NCBI GenBank assembly: GCA_001662655.1
Contig: KV460236.1
Source of the DNA: Pseudogymnoascus verrucosus
Lineage: Eukaryota
Reading direction: 5' to 3' (one strand)
DNA length: 64,000 nt
Position numbers and translations under genes: made by a program. Below the pieces are notes generated by a model. The model had not been told where the DNA came from and made no database searches. It saw only the letters and a list, made by a program, of their open reading frames with translations. Below, one piece after another: positions 35,095 through 48,758 of this stretch; position 1 is the stretch's first letter; every line of letters starts with the position of its first letter.

Positions 35095-36593
35095 ATGCCT
35101 CCTCCACCACCACCTCCGCCGCCGCCGCCAATGATGGGTGGCCCTCCTCCTCCTCCACCTCCTCCGCCCGGGGGAGCTCTACCTGCCCGCCCTCCTGCTG
35201 GCGCGGCAAAGACCAGGGTAAGTCTACCGCCCGTCATAACTTTCCCTAGCGCTTTTAGAGCTTGTTCCTAGGCAAATGCTGATGCCATGTTTCAGGGTGC
35301 CCTTTTAAGCGATATTGGGAAAGGAAAGCAGTTAAGAAAGGCTGTTACGAATGACCGTTCTGCGCCTATAGTAGGAAAGACCGCTGGCGATTCGTCAGGT
35401 CCACCAGCTGGAGCTCCAGCAATCCCGGGAATGGGAAGACCTAGTGGATTGGCACCGCCTGTTCCAGGAAATCGTATGCGAAGCAACAGCGATCAGGGGC
35501 GTGATAGTGGGAGTTCGGGAGTAGAGGCTCCGCCGCAACTAGGCGGTCTCTTCGCCGGTGGAATGCCGAAACTGAAGAAGAGGGGGGGTGGGGTTGATAC
35601 AGGAGGTGAGTTTTGAAGAAGATTATCCAACAGCGACTTGACTGTACTAATGATGTTACAGCAAATAAGGATTCCACATACGCATCAGATCCAGAATCCT
35701 CACGAACATCCGCACTGAGGCCTCCTGTAGCAGCAGCCCCGAAAATACCTACAGGGGCCGCTCCACCACTGCCAAATAATCGACCCCCCGCTACGAGCGC
35801 GGGGACCGCACCTGGAGTTGTTCCTTCCGTAGCGAATCTTCGCAAGACTCTCGGCCACGCGGGCCCTAGACCTGCTTCTTCTGCATCTCTTCGTGGACCG
35901 CCCCCACCAATAGGCAAGAAGCCGCCGCCCCCGCCTGGATCACGAAAACCATCCTCAAACGTCACCTCTGGGCCACCTCCTCTTCCGCCTTCGGCAGCTC
36001 CTTCAGTACCCTCAGCTCCAGCTCCTCCTCCCCCGCCGTCCGTATCTGCGCCACGGCCACCTATGAACGGAAGGCCGCGTTCAGAAGCTCCGCAGCCGCC
36101 CCATCCACCAGCTCCTCCATCTTTGCCTCCATCCAATGGGGTCAATCCTTCTCTTGCTGTCCAAGCCGCCATACGCGCAGCCGGACAGGCCTCTCCATCA
36201 TCTGCCCCCCCACCACCACCCCCAAGCAGTCCTCCTTCAGCACCGTCGTTTTCACGACCTGCGCCACAACCGCCGCATATCGAAGCCCCCCCACAATTAC
36301 CATCAGCGCCGCCTCCCCCAGTGTCCAGACAGCGGAGTAGCCAACCTATGAGCACAATGCTAGACGCAAGTGCATATACACTGGCTCCTAATGGCTCAAC
36401 AGCGAGACCGGGGGGTGCTCAACGATCACCACTATCTCAAGAGTCAGGAGGAAGAGTTAACATACAAGATATCCGGTGGAGGTTCCAAGACGAAAGCATG
36501 CTCCCTAAGCCTCGAGAATACACAGGGACGCAGAAGCGCTATCGAGCTGGAAGAGGGAGCAGTGTGCCGTTAGATTTGAGGTCTTTCGAATAA
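35095..36593 (+). CDS. VRP1: Verprolin / WIP-family actin regulator
   Basis: Poly-Pro start; introns 35218-35295 and 35606-35661; WH2 ALLSDIGKGKQLRKAVTNDRSAP; GGLFAGGMPKLKK; C-terminal YRAGRGSSVPLDL. Confidence 0.9.
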
Positions 36594-37289
36594 CCCGCAA
36601 GCTACTAGATGGCTACCCGGGTTACAGTTGTAAGCTTGTTTGACATAACTACTGGTTACTCCTTATAATGAATAGGCTGAGTCAGCCGAGGTTTGGGGGG
36701 AGTTTTCACGCGGGTAGGAAATGGTGTAGCGAGGCGCGGGGTAGATCCGTGCTTGGTGCCAAGATCGGGATTGATATCTGGGCAATGTCACAATAATGGA
36801 GTTAAATATGTCGAATCTGCTCCAGTACGTCGTGAAATAGTGTAAAGCTGCGCGTCATGCATAAGACGTTTTGACCTTCCTATTATAATTCCCATTCTAT
36901 CAATTGAAATCTGTCCAGTGGCGATTCTGTCATTTATGCAGGAGGCTCGAATATGACGATGTTTCACTTGTACCGAACAAATTAGGCTAGGTGCCGCCAA
37001 GCCCCCATCGTGTCGCAGTACAATCGTCTGACAAGCCTGGAAAGGCCACGGTTGACCAAAGTTTAAAGACAGCCACTAGTATTTCAACTTCTGCTCTTCA
37101 GGCACACAAAAACAGGGCAACGTTGACCAGGTTATTGTCTTCAGCTTCATCTTTGCAAATTTACCCATATTTCGTGGGTGATCAACTGTTCGGTGCCGTA
37201 GTACTTCACTGTTACCAACACCCCGTCAGTCCGAGAAGCTTCGTCGCGACACAGCTGTTTTGCGAGCTCAACAACCGCGCTCCAGTACT

Positions 37290-38358
<1,069 letters not shown>

Positions 38359-39220
38359 GTTCATTATACGGAGGCGTAAGGTGCCTGAATCTCGAAATCA
38401 CGATTGGAAAAAAGACCGGCGAGAGTCTACATTATGAGGAGTTATCTTGGCAATAAATATCAGAGCTGATTTACGGCTGAGACGGCAGCTCATACATAGG
38501 GTGGCAGAGAGAAGAAATTGCCACAGTGAATCCCACGCGTGTGTTGTGTTTTCCACAGCACTTATGTTTGCTTTAGTACTGGCTTCGGAGTAAAGCACCG
38601 ATTTACCAGGGCCCATGAGCGATACATGATTTCGGAATACCTCGTGCGCGGGTTGAATTTGAGGCGGGACTATTAGCTATGTGTCGTCTTTATAGATTTT
38701 TTTTTCTCAGCTCATTATTTGGATTCGACAAGACGAACCGGCCCAATAGTAAAAGTCGTTACGCGACAAATACAGTTGTAAATACGTTTTAAGAAACTTC
38801 CTCACAGAATTACAATTATGTGCACTCTCTCCACGAGTTTTTGTCTTTGCATTGCAATATTAGCTACGACCATCAGCAAATGAAGCTTCTTGTTCTAAAT
38901 CAAGGTTTTACCCAGTCCATCGGTGTCCGAATAAGCTGCATGAACATACCCTTGTAAGCGTGGCCTCAAGCGCCATACCATAATCCCATTTCAAATTTCG
39001 CGGCGCAAAGTACCCACCTCTCCCCCTCTCCCCTTCCTAATAACCCTAGGAGATTGCGTTCTTTTACTCTCGGCACTCGATACAGTTTCCACCTGCCATT
39101 CAAGCTTTTCTTAGGCGCTCTCTTCGGCGGCGCGCAATATCTGACACCCCGCAATTTCCCCGCCATTGATCCCCAGGAAATTCTGTCGCATATCTTGGCT
39201 TCGATCCACGTTCGCTCAAG

Positions 39221-40945
39221 ATGGCCGAGCTTGCACTCTCCTTGGTGGGCACCGTTGGAGTGCTCGGCCAGATCTTTCAGGGGTGCATTAACGCTTATCA
39301 GATATTCACAACGGCGTCGAATTTGGGTCGAGACTCGGAGCGACTGGTATGCAAGATTAGGATAGAAGAGATGCGCCTGCTGGTGTGGGGGAGGGAGTGG
39401 GGAGTTGAAGAGGGAAAACTCGAAAAATATCTAGGGGAGGAGAGCAAAGCTGGGAATGAGCGCCTGCGAGGACTGGCGATACAGGTGCTGAGCGAACTGT
39501 ATAAAACGATTACGGACCTCGATAAGCTAAAGGGGCGTTACGGGCTCCGAGATGTCGATAACGTTGCACCACAGCAAGAAAAGGGGGCGCTGGAGGGGAA
39601 GGGCGGTAATGGCAATGGGAATGGAAACAACAAAAAGGACAAGCCCGCGCCGGGCGAAGCCTGGAAAGAGAACTTCAAAGATAAATCATTCGCAGAGCGT
39701 TTCAAGTCGGAACTACACTTGCGCGCCAAATGGGTCATCGCCGACAAAGATAAATTCCACTTCTTCCTGCAAGATTTGAAAGACTACAACGATGGGCTTG
39801 AACAGCTCTTCCCGCCCTCCCGCCTCGCGACGCTTCACCGCACATGGCAGAACGAACTCCTCCAAGGAGCACAGCGGGACCTTGCGAAGTTAGGTCTGCT
39901 TGAGAGCGCTAGCAACGGCGTCTACCCGCAGCTAACCACCTCTGCCAATCTGAAGCAACTGCGCATAAATCTAGATTCCAAGCCTACGGCGAATTTCAAG
40001 CCGACGTTCGCCTTAAAGATCCAATGGCCGTTGCTCGAAGTCACAGACAAGGAGACTCGGCGCAGCCTAGCTGCTTATAACAGCCCCTCGGGCGAGAGGG
40101 GAAAAAATGTAGTCATTGAATGGGTTGATTATGACAAAGAGGATCTTGAAGGTCGCTTCCAACATATCAGGCGCATTGACGACTTAGCTCGCATGGTGCA
40201 CTCGGCCTCAGCGCGGCACCCGGATCTCCATACAATTGACTGCCTAGGGTATACCGATGATACGAGCCACTCACGTTTCGGAGTCGTGTATGACTCTCCG
40301 GCTTCCTCATTCTCAACGCTGTATTCGATCATCTCCTCCAACGACTACCGCACCCCTGATTTAGGGGATCGCTTCAAACTCGCCCATAGTCTTGCTGTTG
40401 GCCTGTGGTCCTTCCACTCCCTTGACTGGCTGCACAAGTCGGTTTGCAGCCACAATATCCTCTTCTTTCCGTCTGCCATCTCGGATTCAGCAAGCAAACC
40501 AACAGTAAATGCCGCTCTAGTGCCGGACATATCGTCGCCGTTCCTACTCGGATTTGACTCCTCTCGCCCCGAACAAGTAGTCGAGATGAGCGTGGCTAGC
40601 CGCAACCCGTCGTCGTTGGATCTCCACCGGCATCCGAGCAGTCTGGAGGGGATCGATAGGAAGCCGTATTGCAAGGGGTTCGACATATACAGTCTTGGTC
40701 TCGTGATGCTTGAAATTGGACTATGGAAGATATTGCAAGCTTATTACAAGCCGCACTATACAGCTCAACGGTTCAGGGATCGGGTGGTTGTGGGGCTGCT
40801 GGTCCCAGGACTAGGAAGTAAGACGGGATCCGCATATAGACAGGTCGTGGAGAGATGTTTGGACGTCAAGGACGATATGAGTGGGCTTGAGTGCCACCAA
40901 CTTATGGAATGGGTGGTAGACACCTTGGAGAGCCTGAGGGTTTAA
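39221..40945 (+). CDS. HeLo (prion-inhibition/propagation) domain plus kinase-like (pseudokinase) domain
   Basis: HeLo hallmarks (hydrophobic N-helix, IEEMRLLVWGREWG, KWVIADKDKF..DLKDYNDGL); kinase-like WLHKSVCSHNILFF, LGFD, DIYSLGLVMLEIGLW. Confidence 0.85.
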   Translation: MAELALSLVGTVGVLGQIFQGCINAYQIFTTASNLGRDSERLVCKIRIEEMRLLVWGREWGVEEGKLEKYLGEESKAGNERLRGLAIQVLSELYKTITDLDKLKGRYGLRDVDNVAPQQEKGALEGKGGNGNGNGNNKKDKPAPGEAWKENFKDKSFAERFKSELHLRAKWVIADKDKFHFFLQDLKDYNDGLEQLFPPSRLATLHRTWQNELLQGAQRDLAKLGLLESASNGVYPQLTTSANLKQLRINLDSKPTANFKPTFALKIQWPLLEVTDKETRRSLAAYNSPSGERGKNVVIEWVDYDKEDLEGRFQHIRRIDDLARMVHSASARHPDLHTIDCLGYTDDTSHSRFGVVYDSPASSFSTLYSIISSNDYRTPDLGDRFKLAHSLAVGLWSFHSLDWLHKSVCSHNILFFPSAISDSASKPTVNAALVPDISSPFLLGFDSSRPEQVVEMSVASRNPSSLDLHRHPSSLEGIDRKPYCKGFDIYSLGLVMLEIGLWKILQAYYKPHYTAQRFRDRVVVGLLVPGLGSKTGSAYRQVVERCLDVKDDMSGLECHQLMEWVVDTLESLRV

Positions 40946-41111
40946 GACAGGATATACTGGTGTATATACGCAAGCCATATATGATACATGAGAGATGACA
41001 AATGAGGGATGATACCACATATATATATAGATAACAAGTAGAATATGAAGCAGTTATTTCATTTCATATCTATCCTTTTATCGTTCTATTCGTTTGTATA
41101 TCAGGTTGGAA

Positions 41112-42225
41112 CTACGCCATACCTGCCCGCCCAACCTGGAAAATCTCTCCCGTCCTCTTCTCATCGGCCCTAAGCACAGGCCAAGCCTGCCCATCGCCCT
41201 TCACGAGCGTAAGTTCCAGCTTGGTGCCCATGATCTTGAAGCTGCTCGCCTCAGGATCAATGGGCCCAAAAAGCTCCACAGTCTTCGCGTACCTTTTTGG
41301 CAGAGCGTCTGAGGTCTTGAGGTTCAGTTCTACAGCCTGGGGTGTGAACTTAACAGTCGACTCCTCCTTCACAATCTTCTTCAGGAAGAAACTTGCGATA
41401 ACGGTGGCGCCCGTTTGGTAGTAATCATGCCTCACGGTCTCGACCTTCTCCTCTCCTCCACTAAGCTCGTCCTTCTTATCCTTCTTCCCACTGCCAATAA
41501 ACAGATGTCTACCCTTCGTCTTGCACCCCTCAATCCTCATAAACTCGTCAAACTCAAGAACGCGTCGCTTGCAACAGCTGTAACCCTTGCTGCCCTCATG
41601 GAAGATGGGCGCCCCGGGATGGTGGGTGCACTTCTCGCCCTCTCTGCTCTGTCCCTTTTTATACGTCGCGCCGCAAGCCTTTCGGCGGCAGGTCCTGCCC
41701 TCGGGGATCTCGAGGCTCTGGTCGTCGGACTCGGACGGCGGCTCTGGTGGTGGTGGGGTAGGTGCATTTTGCGGGGTAACGACGGGCTTCCGCGTAGGGC
41801 CCTTGTCCGCATCGAGGGACGCAGAAGGTTGCGGTGCCTCTTCGGGGGCCTCTTTCTTCTCAATCGCAGGTGGGACATCGGTGGCGCTGTGCGTGCCAGT
41901 TGTGCAGGGTGGGATTGTCATGAATTCGTCGAAGGTGAGCACGCGGGGCTTGCAACACTTCCAGCCTGGTAGAGTTTCGTCAGCAGGGGAATTTCGGGGC
42001 ACATATTCGCAAGGGCCATAGTATTATCATAATTCTACAAGCCAAATGGGTTCATAAACCGTTTGGAGACCAGATATCTCTCTTGCTGAGCTCTAATCGG
42101 CGTTCAGTTGTTGACGTACCTTTCTGCCCCTCATGGAATACAGGCGGTCCAGGGTGATATGTGCAAATCGCCGCGGGTTCAGTGAACATCAGCCCACAGC
42201 CCTGGTGAACACATTTTTGAGCCAT
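41112..42225 (-). CDS. CHORD-CHORD-CS Hsp90 co-chaperone (Chp-1/Rar1-like)
   Basis: Intron 41966-42119; two CHORD motifs (YHPGPPVFHEGQKGWKCC; HHPGAPIFHEGSKGYSCC) and C-terminal CS domain (RHDYYQT, TKLELTLVK). Confidence 0.93.
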
Positions 42226-42658
42226 TGTTTTTGTCTAATGGGTCCCAACTTTAGAGGCGTTTGGATATTCCCAATATGTGTGTTGAATGAGAGTCTGTCT
42301 TGAAGCTCGCCCAACCTCTCTGGAATATTCCACGTCCAGTGCTATCTAATCGGGTTTGGTGGGTGGGTTAAGCCGTAGGCGGTGGCAGAATTTCACGGAA
42401 ACGAAAATAGTAATGGGAATCCAAAATGTCGAGACCAAAATGCCAAATATCGCGTCAACTTTTTACTTAAACTGCATTATCTTGGCGAGACGCCTGCTTA
42501 TATTTCATTGGAAGGCATTAAAAGATGCAGTAAAATAATACAAATACAAGTTTAAATTCACTAGCCTGCATTGTAGAAACTAGCCGCTGGTTTCTCACTC
42601 GCAGTAGCCAATGCCGCCTGAATACGTCGCTATATTAACTCCCGGATATGCAAACACC

Positions 42659-43954
42659 TTACTCGTCGTCCTCATCGTCTTGAATAACCTGCCTTTTCCT
42701 TCTCCCACCACCTTCACCCCCAGCCTGGGCTGAGCCGCTTGGTGCGGCACCAACGTCCTCCTCCTCTCCCTCCGCATCCTCCTCTGATCCTGCATCGGTT
42801 TTCTGTTTCTTCGTCCTGTGGCTCTCAGCTTCATACTCTTCTTCCTCGCTTTCATCCCCGGTCTCCGGCTCCTGTTCCTCATCACTCGGCGCCAAAAAGT
42901 CATCCTCCAGGTCGTATTCATCGTCCCTACTACCCCTTGGCAAATCATCATCGGAATCATAATCTGCCCTGCGCGCTTTACGCCCTCCTTTCGGCGCAGG
43001 TCTCTTCTTCTTCGAGATGCCACGTGCTCGGCCCTCAAGATCGTCAAGAGATAGCCCACTACCAATAGCTCCGCGAACGCGTCCCACTGCTTGGTCGGCG
43101 CGTGCATTGGCTGCCTCGCGACGCTTCTGGGACTTGAGACGCTCACGTTCAGCTTGCTCGGCTTGCCTCTTCTGCAAGTCTGGATCATGGGTGACAGAGA
43201 TAAGTGCAGTTCCGTCTTTATGGTCATTATGGCGGCCGGACTTCTCCATTGCAGCCCTTAGCTTCATGATTGCGGTGTCTTGGAGGTTGTCGTTGAGCGC
43301 TACAGTATACTGGTTGGTGACATGGCCAACGACCTGCATCACCTGAGACGCGATGTATGGGGTCGCAAGATAAGTGTGTGAATCTAGGACATCGTTGTAC
43401 TCCTTTGAGCCTGTCGGTGCGAGGGGTTTAGACGTCAGTTCGTAGGTAACGTCTCCGATGCTGATCGTAACTGATCCATCGCTCCATTTGTTGAAAAGGG
43501 TGTTGCTTTCAAGGAGGCCAGTTGATTCATTCTTTCGGTATCGGATTGTAGAAGTAGCTGTTGCATATGCCGATTGGGATTGCGAGTCTGGGATTGGCGT
43601 AACAAAGCTGTCTTTGTGGAAGGCATCCGCCTCTATTTTCACGAATTCGGGAACGCGCATGGTATGAAGCTTCAGCATGGTTAGTCAACGGTTGCGCCAC
43701 AGAGAATTCAAACTCACTTCGCCATCTGTGGGAGTTGGGACTGGATGCGGCACCGCATAGACGTCCATAAGGCGCGCCTCTCGTTGTTCTGGCAGTACAG
43801 GCTCCTCTCGATCGATTCTGTCGTCGCGTCCTTCATCGTCACCCGAGTCGAGTTCCCTATCACTCAAGTCGCGAGCGACCGGTGATTCAGCAACATCTTC
43901 ATCATCACCAAACAAGTTATCTTCATCAATGAGATCTTCGGGCTCGGAAGACAT
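42659..43954 (-). CDS. LEO1: Paf1 complex subunit Leo1
   Basis: Intron 43670-43717; ESNTLFNKWSDGSVTISIG; acidic N- and C-termini. Confidence 0.9.
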
Positions 43955-44511
43955 GTCGCCAATGTCTGTAGGGTGTTGATTGCTTGGAGCCTTGCAGCGT
44001 TCTTTGTGAGTGATAATGTATCAGAAGCGTATTTGCGCTTTGAAATTCAGAGAAGCGCTGGTAGGAATTGACACGGGTCCAGACAGGTGGAAGTGTTGAA
44101 GGACGGTAGTGTCGGAATTTGTTACTCGATGATTGATTTCGGACCTGTGCTCGCCTTTCAATTCAGCAAGGCTGATATGAGCGGCTGCGACTATGTACAA
44201 GGGTACCCCGTAGGCCCGGACCTAGTCCAATACACCCAATAAAATGATTGGCTAATAAGCGAGCGCGTAACTTGGACGTATCGCTGTCTCAGCCTTTGGA
44301 ACTCCTATATTGGGCGCCGGTTCAAGCATCAGTACCAAAGTGACTTGTCCATATTCACGTCTATAAAGAGGATTGAGAACTTAAGCACCATTTACCTTTT
44401 AAGGGCAGACCTCGTTCAATACTATTCTGCTCTCTCAGGGCTCTATCTGTGGCACAACAACAACCACCCCCGATTGTTTGACCGAGTTTCAGACTCGTGA
44501 CCAGGCTCAAG

Positions 44512-46220
44512 ATGTCCAACCTATTCAGTGGCATGTAAGTTCCCAACCGTTTCTTTTCTTTTAGGGAGACCGGAGAAGAGGGCTGGCTATGTGCCGGAGA
44601 CTGTAACTATTGGGCTTCTATAGCAGCAAGATTCTGTGTTTGACGTTGGTGTCGGTTTTATCGCCCCTCCTTCATGGGAGCTAGGTCAAAAGCATACGAG
44701 TGATATATTGATATATACCGCCCTCAAGTGAGGGTTTTCAGCTGCATACAGATTACGTTGTCGTTGGCGGGATTTCCATCTTCACTTTCATGGGCAAGCT
44801 GCCTCCAGGCCAGAAGTGGTATGGATGTTGACCCAGAATTGCATGGTCACGTTCCTCGTTTCAGACCTACACTCTTTGTCCATTCTCCATTAGAAGATGT
44901 TTTGAATATTATGGAGAGGGATCAGTATTAGGAAGCATATCAAGCAGCGCAGACTTGCCCTTGTGTCACTGTCATGATCGTCGAACTCGAGGATCTATGC
45001 TGACATTCCTGCTACTATAGCAGCGGCCGCTTTCGCGGAGCCCAGAGTAAGACTGGCCAATCTAAGACTCCAGCTGGATCTAACGATGGTCAAGGGCCCC
45101 CTCCGGTCCCCAACCTTCAAAACAGCAACCCCGCACCAAACCTGGCACCGCGCATGCCACCTCTCCCAGCTTCGCCGTCCCTTTCATCGTCTATGTCACT
45201 AGGTGAATCGGCTGCTCCTCCGGCCACGAACAGCTCTGACCCGTTGTCTGGATACAACCTACCCAGGCCAAAGCCATTATGGCTGAACGCAATGCACGCC
45301 AAGCATATTGTCAAGGGTAACTTTATGACCTTGTCGGCCAAGCCAAAGACTTTGGAACAGGGTGAATGGGTGGCACATCAAGGTGAGCTACTCGATACTA
45401 GTTCGAATTGTTTTGGATGCTAAATGTTATAGTGGTTGAGCACTATCGCAACCTTTGGCTGTTTGTTCGTGTCATCCATGAGAAGGATGAAGATGGAACC
45501 ACCATCTGCAACCCAAAGACCTGCCCCCGCATGTCAGCTGGAGCGTAAGAATTCCTCTACCCCTTTCCCCATCTCTTATCCCATATTCTAACACGCACAA
45601 GGAACCACTCCTTCACCTGGCTTAACTCCCGCCGCGAACCTGTCGAGGTCCCTGCCCACGAGTATATCTCCCTGATGCAACGCTGGATCTCCGGCAAGGT
45701 CGAGAACACCGATATCTTCCCCACGGACCCTGCCTCGGTGTCCTTCGCCTATAACACTGCCGCTCCCGGCCCGGCCTCCGCCAGCACCTACCCCTCAGGT
45801 TCGGGTTCCTCAAATGCCGGAGCTCCCATCCCCGCCCCACCGACCTCCTCGACCCTCCCAATCTCCGCCCTGTCTGGTTCCGACTGGGTCGGCAAGTCAT
45901 CCGGATTCCCTCCCGAGTTCGTCGAAGTTTGCCAAGCCATCTTCCGCCAGATGTTCCGTGTCTACGCTCATTTGTACTGGGCCCATTTCACCGAGCCCTT
46001 CTATGACCTAAGCCTGGAGAAGCAACTCAACAGCTGTTTCTCGCACTTTATCCTCACCGCCATGGCGCTGGAGATGCTGAAGCCGCATGAGCTGGACCCA
46101 ATGCAGCCTCTGGTTGATCTCTGGGCTGCAAACGGCACATTCCCCCCCGAGAGCCGCGCATATGCTTGTGCCAACGTCGAGGCGGGAAAGAGATTGTTAG
46201 AGATCAGCGGCGCTGCCTAG
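44512..46220 (+). CDS. MOB2: Mob1/phocein family kinase activator, Mob2 type
   Basis: Introns 44535-45020, 45383-45432, 45545-45601; IVKGNFMTL, EWVAHQ, CPRMSAG, QMFRVYAHLYWAHF, LNSCFSHF. Confidence 0.88.
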
Positions 46221-46562
46221 ATTGGCGGTTAGACCAGGGACCTCCGCGATTGTTGTGCAGAAAGTTGGGTAGTGTCGCAGCATAACAAAGCGTGATTGCC
46301 TTGGGCAATGACATGATCGAGGGATACACATCGCACTCGGAATGAGAAATGAAAGGAAGGGAAGGGATGGGATGAGATGCGTGCGTCTCACTCATTGGCC
46401 TAGTTGTTTACATGCATGCGTACTTCATCACAACATCAACATGTTCACTCAAGCCAGCACTACATGAGCGCATTTAAGAATGGATAAAAACATCAACGAC
46501 GGAAATGAAATTCATATTTGATTCAACATCGTTCTATTTGCTTGACACTTTCATGTGATCTC

Positions 46563-46600
46563 TGACGCTTGCTAACTACGATGACGCTTGCTAACTACGA
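46563..46600. repeat. Perfect 19-bp tandem duplication
   Basis: TGACGCTTGCTAACTACGA x2 just downstream of the DUF3237 stop. Confidence 0.85.
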
Positions 46601-46608
46601 AGACGTGA

Positions 46609-47544
46609 TTAGGCCTGCACCTGACTGATTTTGTACTCGACGGTCAGGCCTCCGTCCTCGACAATGAAGCGACCATTGCCGACGTAGACCTTCTGCTCAA
46701 GAAGACGGAGATCTTCGGAGCCAGTTTCAAAGGTTAGGTGGGTTGCTGGAAATAGTATTAGACAAGTATTATGGGCGGCACAGGAGGCGAGAGGGACAGA
46801 GAGTTGGATACGTGGAAGAGGCAGTGAAAGTGTTTGAGGACCTATTCGAAGGTAGGATATAAGGAGGTGTGGTACTCACAAATATTCCCGAACTCGGTAG
46901 TCTTGGCATCTGGAGCCCCGCCCAGGACCTTGAAAATAGCCTCGGTCGTCTGGATGTGGCCTGTGTAGTTGAGGGTGATCAAGGCGCCAGACTCGTCTTT
47001 GAGGAGAGACTTCACGTCGAGGCGAAAGAAGTCCCCGGACGTATCAGGCTTGATGTAGTCGCTGCCACTAAGGAAGGAGGCATTGACCTTGACGGGGTAG
47101 CCGGGCTCAGAGATTAGGGTACCAGATGTGATATCGACAACTGAGATGCCTCCTGGGTGTTGGCTAGTAGCACCTGTAATTGGGTGAGCCTTGATATTGG
47201 CCTGTGGGATGTTAGCGGTGGGCATATGAGAAAGTGAACTAGGATGTGATTTGACGCATCGGAGTTGAGAGGGGAAGAAAGAAGCTCGGCTGACAGGAAG
47301 ACATTGGACGAAGGTGAAGTAAAAACCAAAAGTGACAGATGAAAGATGACAGGTATAGAACCGACAACAAATATTGCAGGATAAGTGTCCTCGTGATTTT
47401 GCGCCACGAGCAGAGAAAGCAAGGTGAAGCATCCTAAACCGGAGCCGTCGCTGCTGAAGCGATACCCCGCAGACCAAAGGAAGGGGACAGGTAGCATACC
47501 TTCAGAGTAAACGCAGGGACTAAGGTGGAAAATCCGTCCGACAT
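46609..47544 (-). CDS. DUF3237 (UPF0311) family protein
   Basis: Exons 47544-47500 (MSDGFSTLVPAFTLK), 47201-46880, 46745-46609; GSDYI, RLDVK, TFETG..L..LE..VYVGNGRF. Confidence 0.82.
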
Positions 47545-48758
47545 GATGGCGACTTTTGTTGGGGATTCGGAATAACCTGGAAAAATAGAGTCTTAAAAGT
47601 TAACGCGTTAATAGGAATGTTGGGCTGATTGAGGTTTATGAAGCAGTGGCAGTGTTGCACTTCCCCGCCACGGTGCTGCATTGTGGTACTCTCGCTAAGT
47701 GCGATTTGATGGTTTTGCTCTGGTACTGGCATTTTGCACGGGAAATTATGGCACAAGAGGTCATGGAATGGAATGGAAAGTGCTTCAAGAGGAATAATAA
47801 ATTTTAGAAGGAGAAATCAATCTTGCTGCTCTCTTTGCGCATTAATAATGATATTAATATTCAAAGAGCCTATTTACTTTGTTTTCCATTACCTTGATCT
47901 TCATAGTTTTGCCCCACTCCAGTTAACTTCCCGAAACAGAATTTATCCTTCTACTGTCGGAGTTAGCGTCATCGCTTGACAGCTCCACTCCTATTAACTT
48001 CCTAAAACAGTAACCACTAAACTTATTTCCCGAGGGATGTTATCATTAGCACCCCCGTCAAGTGCGACTCTGCTTCTCTAGAATAGAGAATCCTTGTGAG
48101 ACATTTCCAACGACAAGCCTTAATCGCTGATAATATGCTATACCTAAAGTTATTTCCAGGTCAAGACTGACAGATTTGAGGCCTCATCATATCCCTTATA
48201 ATGGATCATGGACTGCTTTTCTAATGGGGGATCACGTGATGTAATATTGAGGCCTGGTGGGAATGGCGTGGGTAGGAAGGGGGAGCAATGGGTTAATGTA
48301 AGGTCAGATCTCTACTATTTTGCTGTGAGTCTTAATGAAGACGCAAATTCACAGCTTTGCGGCTTTCACGGCTTTCACTCGAACCCATGCGCGGTTATTT
48401 GTCGTGCTTCTTGGCATGGTTATTTAATCCTGACACAACCAATCCGCCGTCCCTTCCGTTCCTAAGTCGTCAATAGCGGATTTGCCGCCATGCCAATGTG
48501 GCACCCTATCCACTCACCCCGGTTTGTTGTCTTCGACGCCCCAAAAGCGTCGCTATTAGTTAAAAAATTTCGCCCCCCCCGGATTGACATAGATATATAA
48601 TATCTGGTATTGTTCGTCGTATTTTCTAAGATCTCAGTTCAGTTTATGATTTGTTCTATAATGGCTTTTACTTGTCGCCGCATATAATCGCCACTTTGGG
48701 CGAAAACTTCACCGCCCCTAGCTACATATACATGCTGCAGTCTGCGGCAGTACGTGGC

